Assembly (NCBI RefSeq): GCF_009914755.1
Contig: NC_060938.1
Strand: one strand, 5' to 3'
Origin: the human T2T-CHM13v2.0 reference genome, Homo sapiens
Length of the DNA: 64,000 nt
Shown one piece after another: positions 17,749 through 34,300 of the stretch (the first letter of the stretch is position 1; the number at the start of each line of letters is the position of its first letter). A program made the position numbers and the translations under genes. Below the pieces are notes generated by a model, which was given only the letters and a program-made list of their open reading frames with translations, did not search any database and was not told where the DNA came from.

Positions 17749-19100
17749 TAGACCTTTTAAAAATTATTTGCATTTAACCCAAATTTACTTCCGGCCACAC
17801 CACCCATCAGTTCCTCCCTGGATTCTCTGGCTTGCTTCTAGATGCTAGGTCCAAACGACTCAGCCTGCCACCCTGGTCCACTAGCATTGGCCCGAGGTGT
17901 GTGTGGTGACAGGTGGGCATGGGCGCCTGGAGCCAAGCATCTTCCAGGCCCAGGCCTCTTGTTCCCAGTCCTCTCCCACCCAGTGCACTAGGCTGAGAGC
18001 GTCTCAGAGCCCAGGGCTGGTCCTATCGACCCATCCTCACAGAGCCCGGCGCAGGCCCCAGCTCTGAGCAGGCAAGTTGGATGCAGCAAGGCCCCAGCGC
18101 CCCCTCCCCGGCAGGAGTGTCCTGATTGTGAATAGGAGGGCTGGGGAGAGGTCTGGGACTCGCCAGGAGCGTAAGTTGTGGGGTAACTCAGCTCCTCCCA
18201 TGGGCAGTGGGGAGCTGCTGGGCCCTGTGGAACTGGTTCTGCTCCGCCGCCCAGTCTCACCCCTGGCCGTTCCCTGCCCTGGCTCCACATCATCATGGGC
18301 GTCCCTGCCTCTGGCTTCCAGGCAGGGCTGGCCAAAGGGAGGCACCATGGGTGACTGAGGAGGGAGAGAGTGAGGCCAGGTGTTGATTGCCAAGTGGCAG
18401 CTGGGCTGTGCGTTAGCAATGGCTGTGTCCTTCAGTGAGGGTCCCAGCCTTTGTGGACAGCCCTTTCCTGCCGCTCTGGCTCAGGCCCACCCTTCGACCC
18501 CTTAAGGGCAGGGGCTGGTGCCTGTCTAGCCCTGGGGTGCTTCGACATTCTGTGTTGGTAGCCCTAACCCTGCCCATACCCTGTAGACAGCCCCAATCCC
18601 CCTGTCTGAGTGTGGCCCCTGTCGCCTGCCTGCCAGGACACTGGCAGTGTGTCCTGCCAATTTAGTGACATACCCACGAAACTGTATTTACGACATGGTG
18701 CATCAGGACGAGAGCTGACAGACACCATTTTGGAGAATGAGGGGAAGGGGCCAAAAGCAGAAAGCATCGTAAGTGGGACTCTGGGGACTCCAGCTGGCAA
18801 AATGGAGGCTCAACACCAGAACAGGCCCCTTTGGGAAGCGAGACCTCTGAGCATAGCAGTTTCCCAGATTCAGCTGGGGCCCTGGGGCTGAGGCTGCACA
18901 ACCAGCTGAGGCCAGAGAACAGTGAGGGGGACCCCAGCCTGGCTCCCAGGAGGAAGAGCTCAAGGCTGCCCTTCACAGGCCCAGGCATTAGCGTGTCCAG
19001 GTGCGCAGACAGGCATCTCAGGAAGGCTGGGGCAGGGTGCCTGCTCCCACCCCGCCCCCGAACCCTGCAGCCTGAGACCTGGGCTTCTAGCAGGCACATG

Positions 19101-19651
19101 TGTTACTGGAAAGGGGTCCCGATTGAAGAGAGGGTTCTTGGATCTCATGCAAGAAAGATTTCAGAGTGAGTCCCTTGTGCAAAGTGAAAGCAAGTTTATG
19201 AAGAAAGTAAAGGAATAAAAGAATGGCTACTCCATAGACAGAGTAGCCCCCAGGGCTTCTGATTGCCTATTTTTATGGTAATTTTTTAAATTATATGCTA
19301 AACAAGGGGTGGATTATTCATGCTTCCTCTTTTTAGATCATATAGGGCAACTTCTTGATGTTGCCATGGCATTTGTAAACTCTCATGGCGCTGGTGGGAA
19401 TGTAGCAGTGAGGAGGACCAGAAGTCACTCTCGTAATTGCCATCTTGGTTTTGGTGGGTTTTGGCCGGCTTATTTACCACAATCTGTTTTATCAGCAAGG
19501 TCTTTGTGACCTGCATCTTGTGCCGACCTCCTGTCTCATCCTGTGACTGAGAATGCCTTAACCTCCTGGGAATGCGGCCCAGTAGGTCTCAGCTTCATTT
19601 TACCCTGCCCGTATTTAAGATAGGGTTGCTCTGGTTCAAACACCTCTGACA
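19101..19651 (-). mobile_element. MER41A solo LTR (ERV1)
   Basis: Minus strand begins TGTCAGAGGTGTTTGAACCAGAGCAAC and ends ...AGTAACA; 4-bp TSD catg/cgtg; lacks the MER41B GAS-containing segment. Confidence 0.88.
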
Positions 19652-20489
19652 CGTGGACTCTTTGGAGCTCGATGGAATTGCCCTGAGCCTCAGGGAGACG
19701 TAGGAAGGGGAGTGAGGTCTACTTGAGGACTGTTCAGACTCCAGCTTTGCCCAGTCGGTGGTGAATCCTGGGGGGCAGCTCGTTACACTGGGGCTGCGGC
19801 TTGCCCCCTTCCCGTGCCTGGACTTTGATCCAAGCCTACTTAAGAAGCTGTGGAGAGCTGCCTTGGCCTCTCCAGAAAACTGGAGCGAACAAAGAAGCAA
19901 ACTTACCAGTTACCATGGAAACCATCCAAAATTTAAAAGACTGAAACAACAGTTTAACGTTTCCAAAACCCTCCTGGTTTTTGTTTTTCTCTATTAAAAA
20001 CAGACACACATACAAATCCCACCGTATCACATTAGTCTGATGAGACACTGGCCTGGAACGAGAGAAGGGTTCAGGATCTTAGGGGGCCATGCGGCTTATG
20101 GAATGCCTAGAATTAGTTTTAGGGATTTAAATCAAAACATGAATAACATTTAAAATGCAAAAATCTAAATCCTCGGGCTCCTCTGCAGATGAAACAAGGT
20201 AAAAGCTTTTTGCTGGATTAAAGGCAGCGATCATATGAGGGTGGGGAGGAGCTGGTGAAGCCAAATGGGCACTGGTGGAGGGAAGGCTGGGAGCCGAGGC
20301 CCTGCCCAAATCCCAGCTCTCGGCTCAGCCATCACTCCAGCCCCAGCTGGCCTGTTGCACTCTCTGTCTGCAGGGCCTGAGAGGTGAGGGGATATCCTCA
20401 GTGTTGCATGGGGTTGCTGTGGGTAAGTGGGGACTGAGCTCACTCACTCTTTGTGGAGGCCATCGGGTCACCGTCTAAATGCTGGGTCT

Positions 20490-20843
20490 GTACCAGGTAT
20501 AGTGGCTCACGCCTATAATCCCAGCACTTTGGGAGGCCAAGGTGGCCAGATTGCTTGAGCCCAGGAGCTCGAGACCAGCCTGGGCAACATGGCAAACCGC
20601 ATTGCTACAAAGAATATAAAAATTAGCTGGGCGTGGTGGTGCACGCCTGTAGTCCAGCTCCTCAGGAGGCTGAGGTGGGAGGATTGCTTGAGCCTGGGAG
20701 GTACAGATTGCAGTAAGCCAAGAGGTAGAATTTGCAGTGAGCCAACATAGTGCCACTGCACTCTAGCCTGGGTGACAGAGCGAAACCCTGTCTCTAAAAT
20801 GAAATGAAATGAAATAAAATAAAATAAAGTAAAATAAAATAAA
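20490..20843 (+). mobile_element. Alu (AluJ) with a 24-bp internal duplication
   Basis: Forward Alu with (GAAAT/TAAAA)n tail; TSD taaatgc(t/a)gggtct. Confidence 0.92.
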
Positions 20844-20853
20844 TGCAGGGTCT

Positions 20854-20911
20854 GGCTGGGTGTGGTGGCTGAGGCCTGTAATCCCAGCTCTTTGGGAGGC
20901 TGAGGCAGGAG
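20854..20911 (+). mobile_element. Alu 5' fragment
   Basis: ggctgggtgtggtggctgaggcctgtaatcccagc...ggaggctgaggcaggagga. Confidence 0.8.
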
Positions 20912-21839
20912 GATACGGACGCTGCCCTGGTGGGCCCCTTGCTGCCATTCCACACTGCTGGCGGGAGGAGCCCCAGGGTTTGCCCGCTGCCCTCTGCTTC
21001 TGGGAATGGTTTCCTTCACGTTCACAGGAAATCACCATCCTCCGGGCTCAACCACATGTTTGTATAGAACTTAATCCCTTCCCCAGTTCCAGGAGAGAGG
21101 CCTGATTTGCCATAGGGATTGGTTAAATGACAGGTAAGGATCCCAGTTGGGGCAAGTGACCTGCAATTAGATGCTGGCCTGGAGTTCTGTGAAAGAGACG
21201 CCTATCTTCCTCTGGCCTGGAACCTGGAAGTGTGATTTTGAGCCCTCCTGAGCCCACGAACGGGGAAACCTCCCTGGAGAAAGCAGCCTGTACTACCCAG
21301 CCCCACACCCAAATTCTTCAGTTATATGAGCCAATTCATTCTTTTTTTGGGCTGAAGCCAGTTTGAGTTGGTTTTATGATCATCCCCTCCTGAAAAAATT
21401 CTACTTGGGACAAACACTCAACCCTGGGCCTGGCTGGCATTCAAGGGTCTTGTCATCTCTCCCCTTCATTTTCTTTCCCTTCTTCCCACACTCCCACCGC
21501 TGCTCGGTGCTATTCCTTCACTCAGCACACGGATCCAGTCGGCCTCTTCCAAGCACTTGGCAGGAGTCCATCCACCAGACCGCTGCTGTCAGCACTCTCC
21601 CTGCCCGGAGTGCCTGCCCCACTTATTATCTACATACGGCTTCCTTAGCACTAAGTGCTACTCCTCTAAGTAGCTACTTACCTTCCAAGGCCTTCCTCCC
21701 TCGTCCAGTGAGACTTCCTTGCAAATCTCCCATGCATTGCCCTGGCTGCCCAAGTTTCTCGTCTGGCCTGGACGAAATACATCAGGTGGTACCAGAACCC
21801 TGATTATCATCCCTGATGTAGTTCAGCAGCTTCCCAGAA

Positions 21840-22118
<279 letters not shown>

Positions 22119-23469
22119 AATAGCTTCCTAGAACTTATTCTACGGAGCCATTCCGGCATGGGAGCTGTGCCTCAGGAGAGCTCTCCCCAGACCCTGGCCT
22201 CGCCCTGTTCAGAAAGGAGATGCAATGATCATTTCATACTCGTTTCCTCCTTTGGTCCCCACAACGACCCTGAGAGGTACAAGATTTCAATCTCACTTTA
22301 AGAAAAGGATCTTGAGGCCCAGAGCAGCCTAGTGACTTGTCCAGAGTCACACTTCCCTGCCCTTGTGAAAACAACGACCAGACCTGTGACCTCAAACCCA
22401 GGTGTTCTGATTCTACCCCACTGCGTTCCCTTGCTCTTTCGGCTGATGAGAGACAGATCTGAATGTGAGTGAGAGGCCCCAGGGGATGAGTGTGCATCGC
22501 TCCTTGGCTCTGCTGAGCCAAGGTGGCACCTGTCACCTCCTGGCCTGGCTGGTGTTCTTCCATCCTGGATCCGGCAGGCCAGCCTCATCCTGACCATGTT
22601 GAATCCCAGAGGCCTTGCCGGGGGGCCGTGCCTCTCCAGATGAACAACATAAATTCATGGAAATGTTTTCACAAGGGCGTTTTTCCTCTGCTGGCCTCCA
22701 TTTCCTTGAAAAACACAGACTTGGAGGTAAACAGTCTTTGCTGTTGCAAGGGAGCAAATATAGACTTCCTTCCACATCCCCCACCCGGCAGCTCCGCTTC
22801 CTCCACCTTCCTTCCAGCCCCCTCCAAAGTCCCCAGGGAGGTCAGAGAGGGCGAGGCTCCAAGGATGGAGGGCGCCCCACAGTGGGGGGTGGCACCTGGA
22901 GCCCCGGATGCTTCTGTCTCACCAGAAGTTAGGGTCCCCAAGTACCTCCTGCCCGCTGACTCCCCCCACTCCCATCAGACTGGGTCTGATGCCCTGGAGA
23001 AGCAAAAGAGGGGGGCATTGCTGAAAGGAGGGGGTGTTGTCAGGCGAAAGTGGAGGCTCCATCCTAATGGGGGAAGATAATCTGTAGGCTTGAACTATGC
23101 TTTCTTCTTAATTCCAGACCCTGGAATTTGCTCATAAACAACACATCGTCAGCTCAATTCTTCAGCTTCTTGAAATTAAACACCCTGTTAGGAAGGATTT
23201 GAACGAACTCTCCTGACAGCACAGGGCAAAGTGAGAGGAATTACTTTGTCTATTTACTCTGTACACTTTATGCTTGCAAAATGCTCCAAAATGCATTTGA
23301 TTTTGTCTCTGAGTTCCCCCACCCCGCCCCAAGATCCTTGTGGGGATGCATCCTTCTGGTAGTTCTTGGATACGGATTGGAGGAAAACAGTGGTGGAGTG
23401 ACCCATCCTCAGCCACTTGCAAGATAGAGATCAACTTGATGGGTTTGCCTGGGCATATGGGATTATTGG

Positions 23470-24184
<715 letters not shown>

Positions 24185-25061
24185 AGTATGCAGTAGAAGT
24201 TCTGTAGATAGTAGGTGATTGATAAATGGCACCATTCCTGGCACACGTGTTACATCCAAATTTACAGAGCATCTGTTTGTTTTGTTTTGTGTGGCACTAT
24301 GATATCTTAGGTGCTTGGGAAACAGGTAATAAAAATCAATAAAATAATAATAATAACCAACCTTTATTAAGCACTTACTGGTTTCCAGGCATTGTGTTGA
24401 TCTAATTTCATTTCCCCAATATTCCTATGAAGAAACTGAGGAAACCGGGGCTTTGAGAGCGTAAATGGCCTATTCCAGATCATATGGCTGGAAAGACCCA
24501 GTCCCTGTTCTCAGGAAACTCACAGTCTGGCAAAGAGGGACATGTTAGTGGCAAACACTCGTGCATGCTTATTGTCCAAGTATGGATTCTGTAGCAAGGC
24601 AGCAAACGGCAGACTGGCAGTTTTGATAGAAAAGTCTGTTTCACTCCTATCTTCAGGCACAGCCCTTGGAGCTGAGGGCTGCTAGGAAGTCAGGGGACAG
24701 TGAGGTTACCATCTGGCACCAAATTGCATGAAGGCTAACATGCCAGGAAACCCATGGAGGCTGAGGAAATCCCTGCCTTCCGAGTTGTAAAAGCTTAAAA
24801 CTGGGTTTCTGTAGTTCTGGGCCATCTCTCCCGCAGGCATGTTGTGTGATCTTGGGTCCATCCCTTGCCTTCTTTTGACCCTAATCTCCTCACCTGGAAA
24901 ATAAGCTAGGGGATGCAATTGGGTGAGCTCTATGGCAACTTCTATTTCAGAGATGCTAGAGCCCTGGATCCCTGCTTTGGAAGGAAAATTCCTCCCTTTC
25001 TCTTTGCTGTTGTTATCTGCAAGAGGGGAGGAGTATGGAGTGAACATGTCCTTTCAGCAGT

Positions 25062-25273
25062 TTTTTTTTTTTTTTGAGACAGAGTTTTGCTCTGCTGCCT
25101 CAGACTCCCAAGTAGCTGGGATTACACCACGCCTGGCTAATTTTGGTATTTTTAGTAGGGACGGGGTTTCTCCATGTTGGTCAGGCTGGTCTTGAACTCC
25201 CAACCTCAGGTGATCCGCCCACTGTGGCCTCCCAAAGTGCTGAGATTACAGGCGTGAGCCACTGCGTCTGGTC
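25062..25273 (-). mobile_element. Alu with internal deletions
   Basis: Reverse Alu missing most of the right arm. Confidence 0.88.
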
Positions 25274-25444
25274 GTTATTTTAGCACTTGTGTTCAAGGCA
25301 ATATAAGCAGTGTGTCTTCATGTGCCTTCCTCATAATGTGATGTTTGTTTTGTTTGATTAGAGACCATATTTACTGTGGTCCTTTCTCCTGAAAACTGAA
25401 CTGGCAATAAACGCTATGGAGCAGGATTTTAGCACTAGCATATG

Positions 25445-25446
<2 letters not shown>

Positions 25447-25484
<38 letters not shown>
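25447..25484. repeat. (GT)19 microsatellite
   Basis: Perfect GT run. Confidence 0.97.
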
Positions 25485-25485
<1 letters not shown>

Positions 25486-26172
25486 GTGCGGGTGGTGGTG
25501 GTGTTCTGTGGGTTAAATTTAGCTTTCCAAAGCGAAAGATTACAACCATAACAATAGCTACCGTTCATTGAGCAACTATTATGAGCCAGGCACTTGCATT
25601 GTCTCAATCAATCCTCATAGTAGCCTTGAGAGGTGCCTGGTAGTAGGGTTTCTCCATTTTACATTAGGGGCCTGCCATAGTGCTTTCTCTTGCTCAAGAT
25701 TTTCTCCCCTTAGCTTCTCTTGGGAGAGCAAGATGTTCCTCATAGCTATGTGATTGTGGACAAGTTCTGAAACTTCTCTGAGCCTCAGTTTATTTATCTA
25801 TGCAATGGGCATCTGATGTCCTTCCTCACACTGTTTCACATTAAGTAATATAAAAAATCTGGGACATAGAAGACAATCAATAAAGGTGATCATTTTCTTT
25901 AATGCATAATAATTATGTACTTACTTGAAATAAATTAGTAAGTCATCTTCAGGTGAAATACTTCCAACTCCATCTTTTCCTAGAAATTTCTGTTCTGCTT
26001 TTACAATTATTTTGCTCAACTCAATTTAAACCACAGAACCCCAGAATGCCAGAGCTCATAATCACCCAGGGTCTCCCAGTCCAATTGGTTTTCATATTTT
26101 TCTGTTGTTTTTTTTTTTGGGGTGGTGGGGTGGGGTCCTAACCGGAGAACACCTTTTTCTAACTGAACCTTA

Positions 26173-26516
<344 letters not shown>

Positions 26517-26629
26517 AGCATAGAGCAGCAGGACTGTTCTGGTTGAGGCAGGAAGGGTGGGTGGTGCACGGCTGGAGTCCTGAGCAATGGGGGTCTCTCC
26601 TCTCCAGAGTGGGGGCTCCTCAGTGCCCC

Positions 26630-26880
26630 TGAGGAGACTTGCCCCACACTCCTTACACTGCAGTTGTGACCCACTAGGGTCGTCATCATGAAATCAATTC
26701 AGAGGTCACCACCTAAACAGAATAAAATGAAAAACGCCAGTGTGCATCGCACATGGTAGGGGTGAGTGTTGGTATGTGTCAGTTCTGTTTCGGTTCCGTG
26801 GTACCCATGTGTTCACCGGACTGGGAAGTAAGCAGTTGTTTCGCATTGTGACTTGCCATCAAAAAGTTGGAAAATCACTG
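26630..26880. mobile_element. hAT-Charlie-type DNA transposon fossil
   Basis: gacccactag...tgaaatcaatt...gtgcatcgcac...aaaaagttggaaaatcactg resembles MER-type Charlie elements. Confidence 0.5.
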
Positions 26881-26971
26881 CCGTTCACTCTAATCCCCTC
26901 ATTTCATGTTTGGGAAACAGAGCGCAGAGGAGGGAAGTGACCTGCCTGAGTTACAGCTGCAGCCAAGATAA

Positions 26972-27303
<332 letters not shown>

Positions 27304-27306
27304 CCC

Positions 27307-27604
27307 TTTTTTTTTTCTTTTGAGACAGTCTTATTTTGTCACCCAGGCTGTAGTAGTGCAGTGATGCGATCACAGCTCACTGCAGCCTTCACCTCCTGAG
27401 TTCAAGTGATCCTTTCACCTCAGCCTCCCAAGTAGCTGGGACCACAGGCACACACCACCATGCCCAGCTAATTTTTAAAAAAAATTTTGCAGACAAGCCT
27501 TTGTTCAAAGATAAGCCTTTGTCTTGAACTCCTGGGCTCAAGTGATCCTCCTGCCTCAGCCTCTCAAAGTGCTGAGATTGCAGGTGTGAGCCACTGTGCC
27601 CAGT
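27307..27604 (-). mobile_element. Alu (AluJ)
   Basis: Diverged reverse Alu. Confidence 0.88.
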
Positions 27605-27701
27605 GCTCCATATCTGCTTGAAGCACCACACAATGGAAGGGTTAACAGTTACTGAGCCTCAGCCTCAGGACGTGCCAGGCACTGCACTCAGTGCTTCAGA
27701 T

Positions 27702-28391
27702 TGAGACCACCTTTGCAAAATTATGACTGAGACAGTGAAAGAGACCTAACTTAACTGAGTCCATCTTGCTTCTAACCTTCAAACCGTCCTTGTTTATTCC
27801 TGGGCATAGGTTGAACTAACTTTGGGAGAAACTTAGTTTATAGCTTATAGTTTAAACAAAGACGGTAACAGCCCTTTCTCAAAGCAGATCTCCTTCTTGC
27901 CTAGGGACTAGATTGCCTTTGTAGGACTAACATTAGCCACAAGATTAGGAATTATGGTTTAGGAGTCATGCAGCTGGAGGTTACAAGATACTGACCCTCC
28001 ACAAATTGCTCCTAAGATCAGTGCTTGAGATATTTTGCAGACCTTGCATTTGATGGATCAGCTGTCACCACTCAAATCAATAAATTGGCTCACCTGATCT
28101 TGTGGCCCGCACCAGGAACTGACTTAGTATGAGAAGACAGCTTCGACTCCCTGTGATTTCCGCCTTGACCAATCAGCACCCCTGACTCACTGGCTTCCCC
28201 CCACCCACCAAGTTATTCTTAAAAACTCTGCTCCCCTAATGCTCAGGGACACTGATTTGAGTAATAACAAAACTCCGGTCTCCCGCACAGCTGGCTCTGC
28301 GTTAATTACTCTTTCTCTATTGCAATTCCCCTGTCTTGATAAATCGGCTCTGTCTAGGCAGTGGTCACAGTGAACCCCTTGGGTGGGTACA
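27702..28391 (+). mobile_element. LTR8 solo LTR (ERV1)
   Basis: TGAGACCACCTTTGCAAAATTATGACTGAGACAGTGAAAGAG...GGGTACA matches LTR8 as recalled; TG...CA ends; perfect 4-bp TSD AGAT. Confidence 0.88.
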
Positions 28392-28422
28392 AGATAGGAA
28401 GTCATTTCATCCCCACCATGAC

Positions 28423-29119
<697 letters not shown>

Positions 29120-29857
29120 ACCTAGCAGTAATAATACCACTGCTACTATCATCTTCATTGACAGGCGAGGATATTGAGGCACAGAGAGGGTAAGCTGCCA
29201 GGGCCCACGGGGAGGAAGAATCAGACCTGATCCAGACCTGGACATGTGGCTCTGAGCCTGTGCATCACTCACAGTGCCCTGCTGCCAGGAAATGAGGGGA
29301 ACTCATGGGGAGCCCGTGGGCTGGATGGGGAGGTCAGACCAAGGAAGAAGGAACACTGCATTTCACCTGGCTAACGACTGCAAAGAGCCCAGATAGTGAG
29401 TGGGTTGGGGAGCTCAGAGGAAGGGGCAGCAGGGCGGTCCCCTCCCACCTTCCATGAAGACTTACTGCTCTCAGCCAGGCTTCTGCAGGACAGGGAGTGG
29501 CATGCCCAGGCTGGGGCTGGGGGTCCCCACTTGCTGCACCCCAGCATTCCCGGTCCTGTTCCAGAAACATTAGGGAAGGCAGGGAGCAAGGGGGGCCTAT
29601 TAGGGGACAACCTTGAACCTCAAGTTCTATTGATATGAATTTGCAGCTTTACCCATGCAAATTACTCAACACGCACCTTCCCGGTGATCTCACTTGAGAC
29701 ACTGAGGTGGAAGGCAGTAGGCCTGCAGCAAAGAAATCGTGATTTGGTTTTTCTTTTTAATATTCATATTCTCAGCACAGCCCCTGCGACTCTTCTGTCC
29801 TGTCTTTGTCTCCTTCTTCATCACTGTCCCAGACTCTTGCTGTGTCTCCCTGGATGA

Positions 29858-30238
<381 letters not shown>

Positions 30239-30609
30239 TGCTTCTTCCTCCTTTGTTGCTAATAGGAGCAGAGCCTGGCTGCTCTGAATTCACAGTTGCC
30301 ACCCCATTGCTAATTGTACCACTCAGACCGAGAGACCAAAATCACACTGGAAAACGCTTTCTTGTGCAAACTTCAGAGTGAGCCCCCCTTTCCCATTATT
30401 CTCCCCTACTCTTGCCCTAGGAACGGAAGGGGGCTGTTAGAAGCTGGTTTCTCTATGGGAAGCACTAACAGTGCCCTGGCAGCCACTGCGGGCCTTGAGT
30501 GTCAATTCCTGCCCTGGGGTCCATTCAATTCCAGAGGGAGCCAAAATATCCACACTGGGCAGGGCAGGGGATCGCCCTAACACTAAGACACAACACTGTT
30601 TCCCTGTAG

Positions 30610-30790
30610 CATTCACAGGGATCTTCCTAGTTGTGCTGTGAGGGAGGCCAATACTGTCCTCATTTTATAGGTTGGGAAACTGAGGGACAGAATGGCAAGC
30701 GAAGTGACTCGACAGAGGTCACACGGCCAGTTCACAGCAGTCAAGACTCAAATCCAGATCTTTTGACCCCAACTCCAGTGCTTCTTCCCT
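30610..30790 (-). mobile_element. MIR
   Basis: cattttatag...gaaactgagggacaga...aggtcacacggcc MIR core. Confidence 0.7.
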
Positions 30791-30866
30791 GAGACCTCTT
30801 GAGATGGAAACTTCAGGAAAATAAATGAACATTGGTGGAGAGAGACAAAGAGGAGGAGGATGCTTA

Positions 30867-31480
<614 letters not shown>

Positions 31481-31610
31481 GAATTCTGTTTCCCACATAG
31501 CCACCTCCTCTATTTCTTTGGGTTAACATGAAGAAAAGTAGCAGTGGCCTACTCCCAGAAGGGTGTAGGGTCCTCAAGGCAGGAGGGGCGGTGGAGCAGC
31601 TGGTGGGTGA

Positions 31611-32096
<486 letters not shown>

Positions 32097-32727
32097 TGAT
32101 TAAAGGTTTTGGTCTGCTGCTGGGTGGGCAAAGGGGAGTGAAGGGAAATTAGAAAGAATGGTAAAGAGGGGGCAGCACCCTGGGCCCCCAAAGACACATG
32201 GTGGTAGTGTGGCAATGAGTGTGGACGCCCTAAAGAGGGTCTGGGAGACCCTCAACAGTTGGAGCTGTAGGGGCCTCTCTCTTCACTGTCAGCTCTGAAA
32301 GATCAGGCAGGGATTTTTATGTAGGGAGCTGAGGCTGGTGGGCTCAGTGGGTAACGGAGTGGGGTGGGAGGCACTAGTCCATTGCTATCCATTCTGGGGA
32401 TCCACCTGTGGTTTAAGGAAGCAGCTCCACCTCATCCGGCCTCTCTCGCAGGCTGCCTAACTCCAGGTCTATCATTCTTGTTGCGCAGTACATAGCCTAC
32501 ACTCCTCTACGTGGCTGCCTTGTCTGGGAAGAAGAGGCACCTGATTTTGAGGCAAACACAGCCCAACTGATCTTTGCTCTGGAGCCTAAAGGCTGGTCTC
32601 GGTCCACTTTAGTGAAGAACTTATTTTCAGGTTGAACTAGCACATACTCAGCTCCTTTTATGTGCCAAGCTCACAGTAGGTGATCTTTCTTATCAGAACC
32701 TCCCGTCTCCCAGTGCAATTTCTGCTA

Positions 32728-33068
<341 letters not shown>

Positions 33069-33715
33069 TGAGTTGGAAAGAAATTTACTTGCTTTATTGA
33101 TGGAATGACCATATTTATATTCTCAATGGCAGATGGTGCATTTACAAAATTTATGTCAGTTTTGCAGTCACGTCTGGCTTGCAATGTCCTCTCTTTGTCC
33201 CTTTGAGAATGGTTGGGACATTTGGATTGGTACCCAATACCCTCTGTGTGGCCCTGTTGATGTCCCTTCTCACCCTGGTGACTCCCTGGCTTCTAAGCAG
33301 TCACTCAAAGGGTCTCTGGGCCCTTGGCTTTTAGCCAGCCTAGGAGGAACCAATGATTCAAGGAGGTTCTCTAGCATTAGGGGCTAGGGCTAGGGCTGGA
33401 GACTTGGTGGGTACCCAAGTGAGAAAGTACCCCCAGCCCATCCCCACTCCTTTAAGGGAGATCTTGCCCTCTGAATTTCAGCTGAGATTTGGGACTCTCC
33501 TCCCTACTCATGTCTGCTTGCTGGAGTTGCCTATGAAGCTGGAAAGGCTGTGGGCCTTCTCATCAGAACTGGGTTCAGCTGTTGCTTTTCTTGCTTACTA
33601 GCTGTGGACCTTTGATAAGTTTCTTGCTGTCTGTTTTTGCATATGTGAAATGGGATTACAATGCATGCTATATTATAGCTTGAGGTTTACAGGAAGTAAA
33701 AAGCATCTTTTCACT

Positions 33716-34103
<388 letters not shown>

Positions 34104-34137
34104 CTATTTGCTGAATGAATGAATGAATGAATGAATG

Positions 34138-34300
34138 GGTTGGTGTCATGAGTGTACAATCTAGGCAGTCATATCAGAAGGGACCTGCGCTTGGTTTAAT
34201 GCTTTGTTTTCACCATCTTGAAATGTTTTAATAATTTTTGAATGAGGGGCTACACATTTTCATTTTGCTTTGGGCCCTGCAAATTATGTAGCCAGTCCTG
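34138..34300 (+). mobile_element. MER45A-like hAT-Tip100 element
   Basis: tcagaagggacctgcgcttggtttaatgct...gggccctgcaaattatgtagccagtcctg. Confidence 0.7.

Noticed and set aside
33377-33399. Telomere-variant-like (GGGCTA)n
   Set aside because: Only three G-triplets; too short for an interstitial telomere or canonical G4
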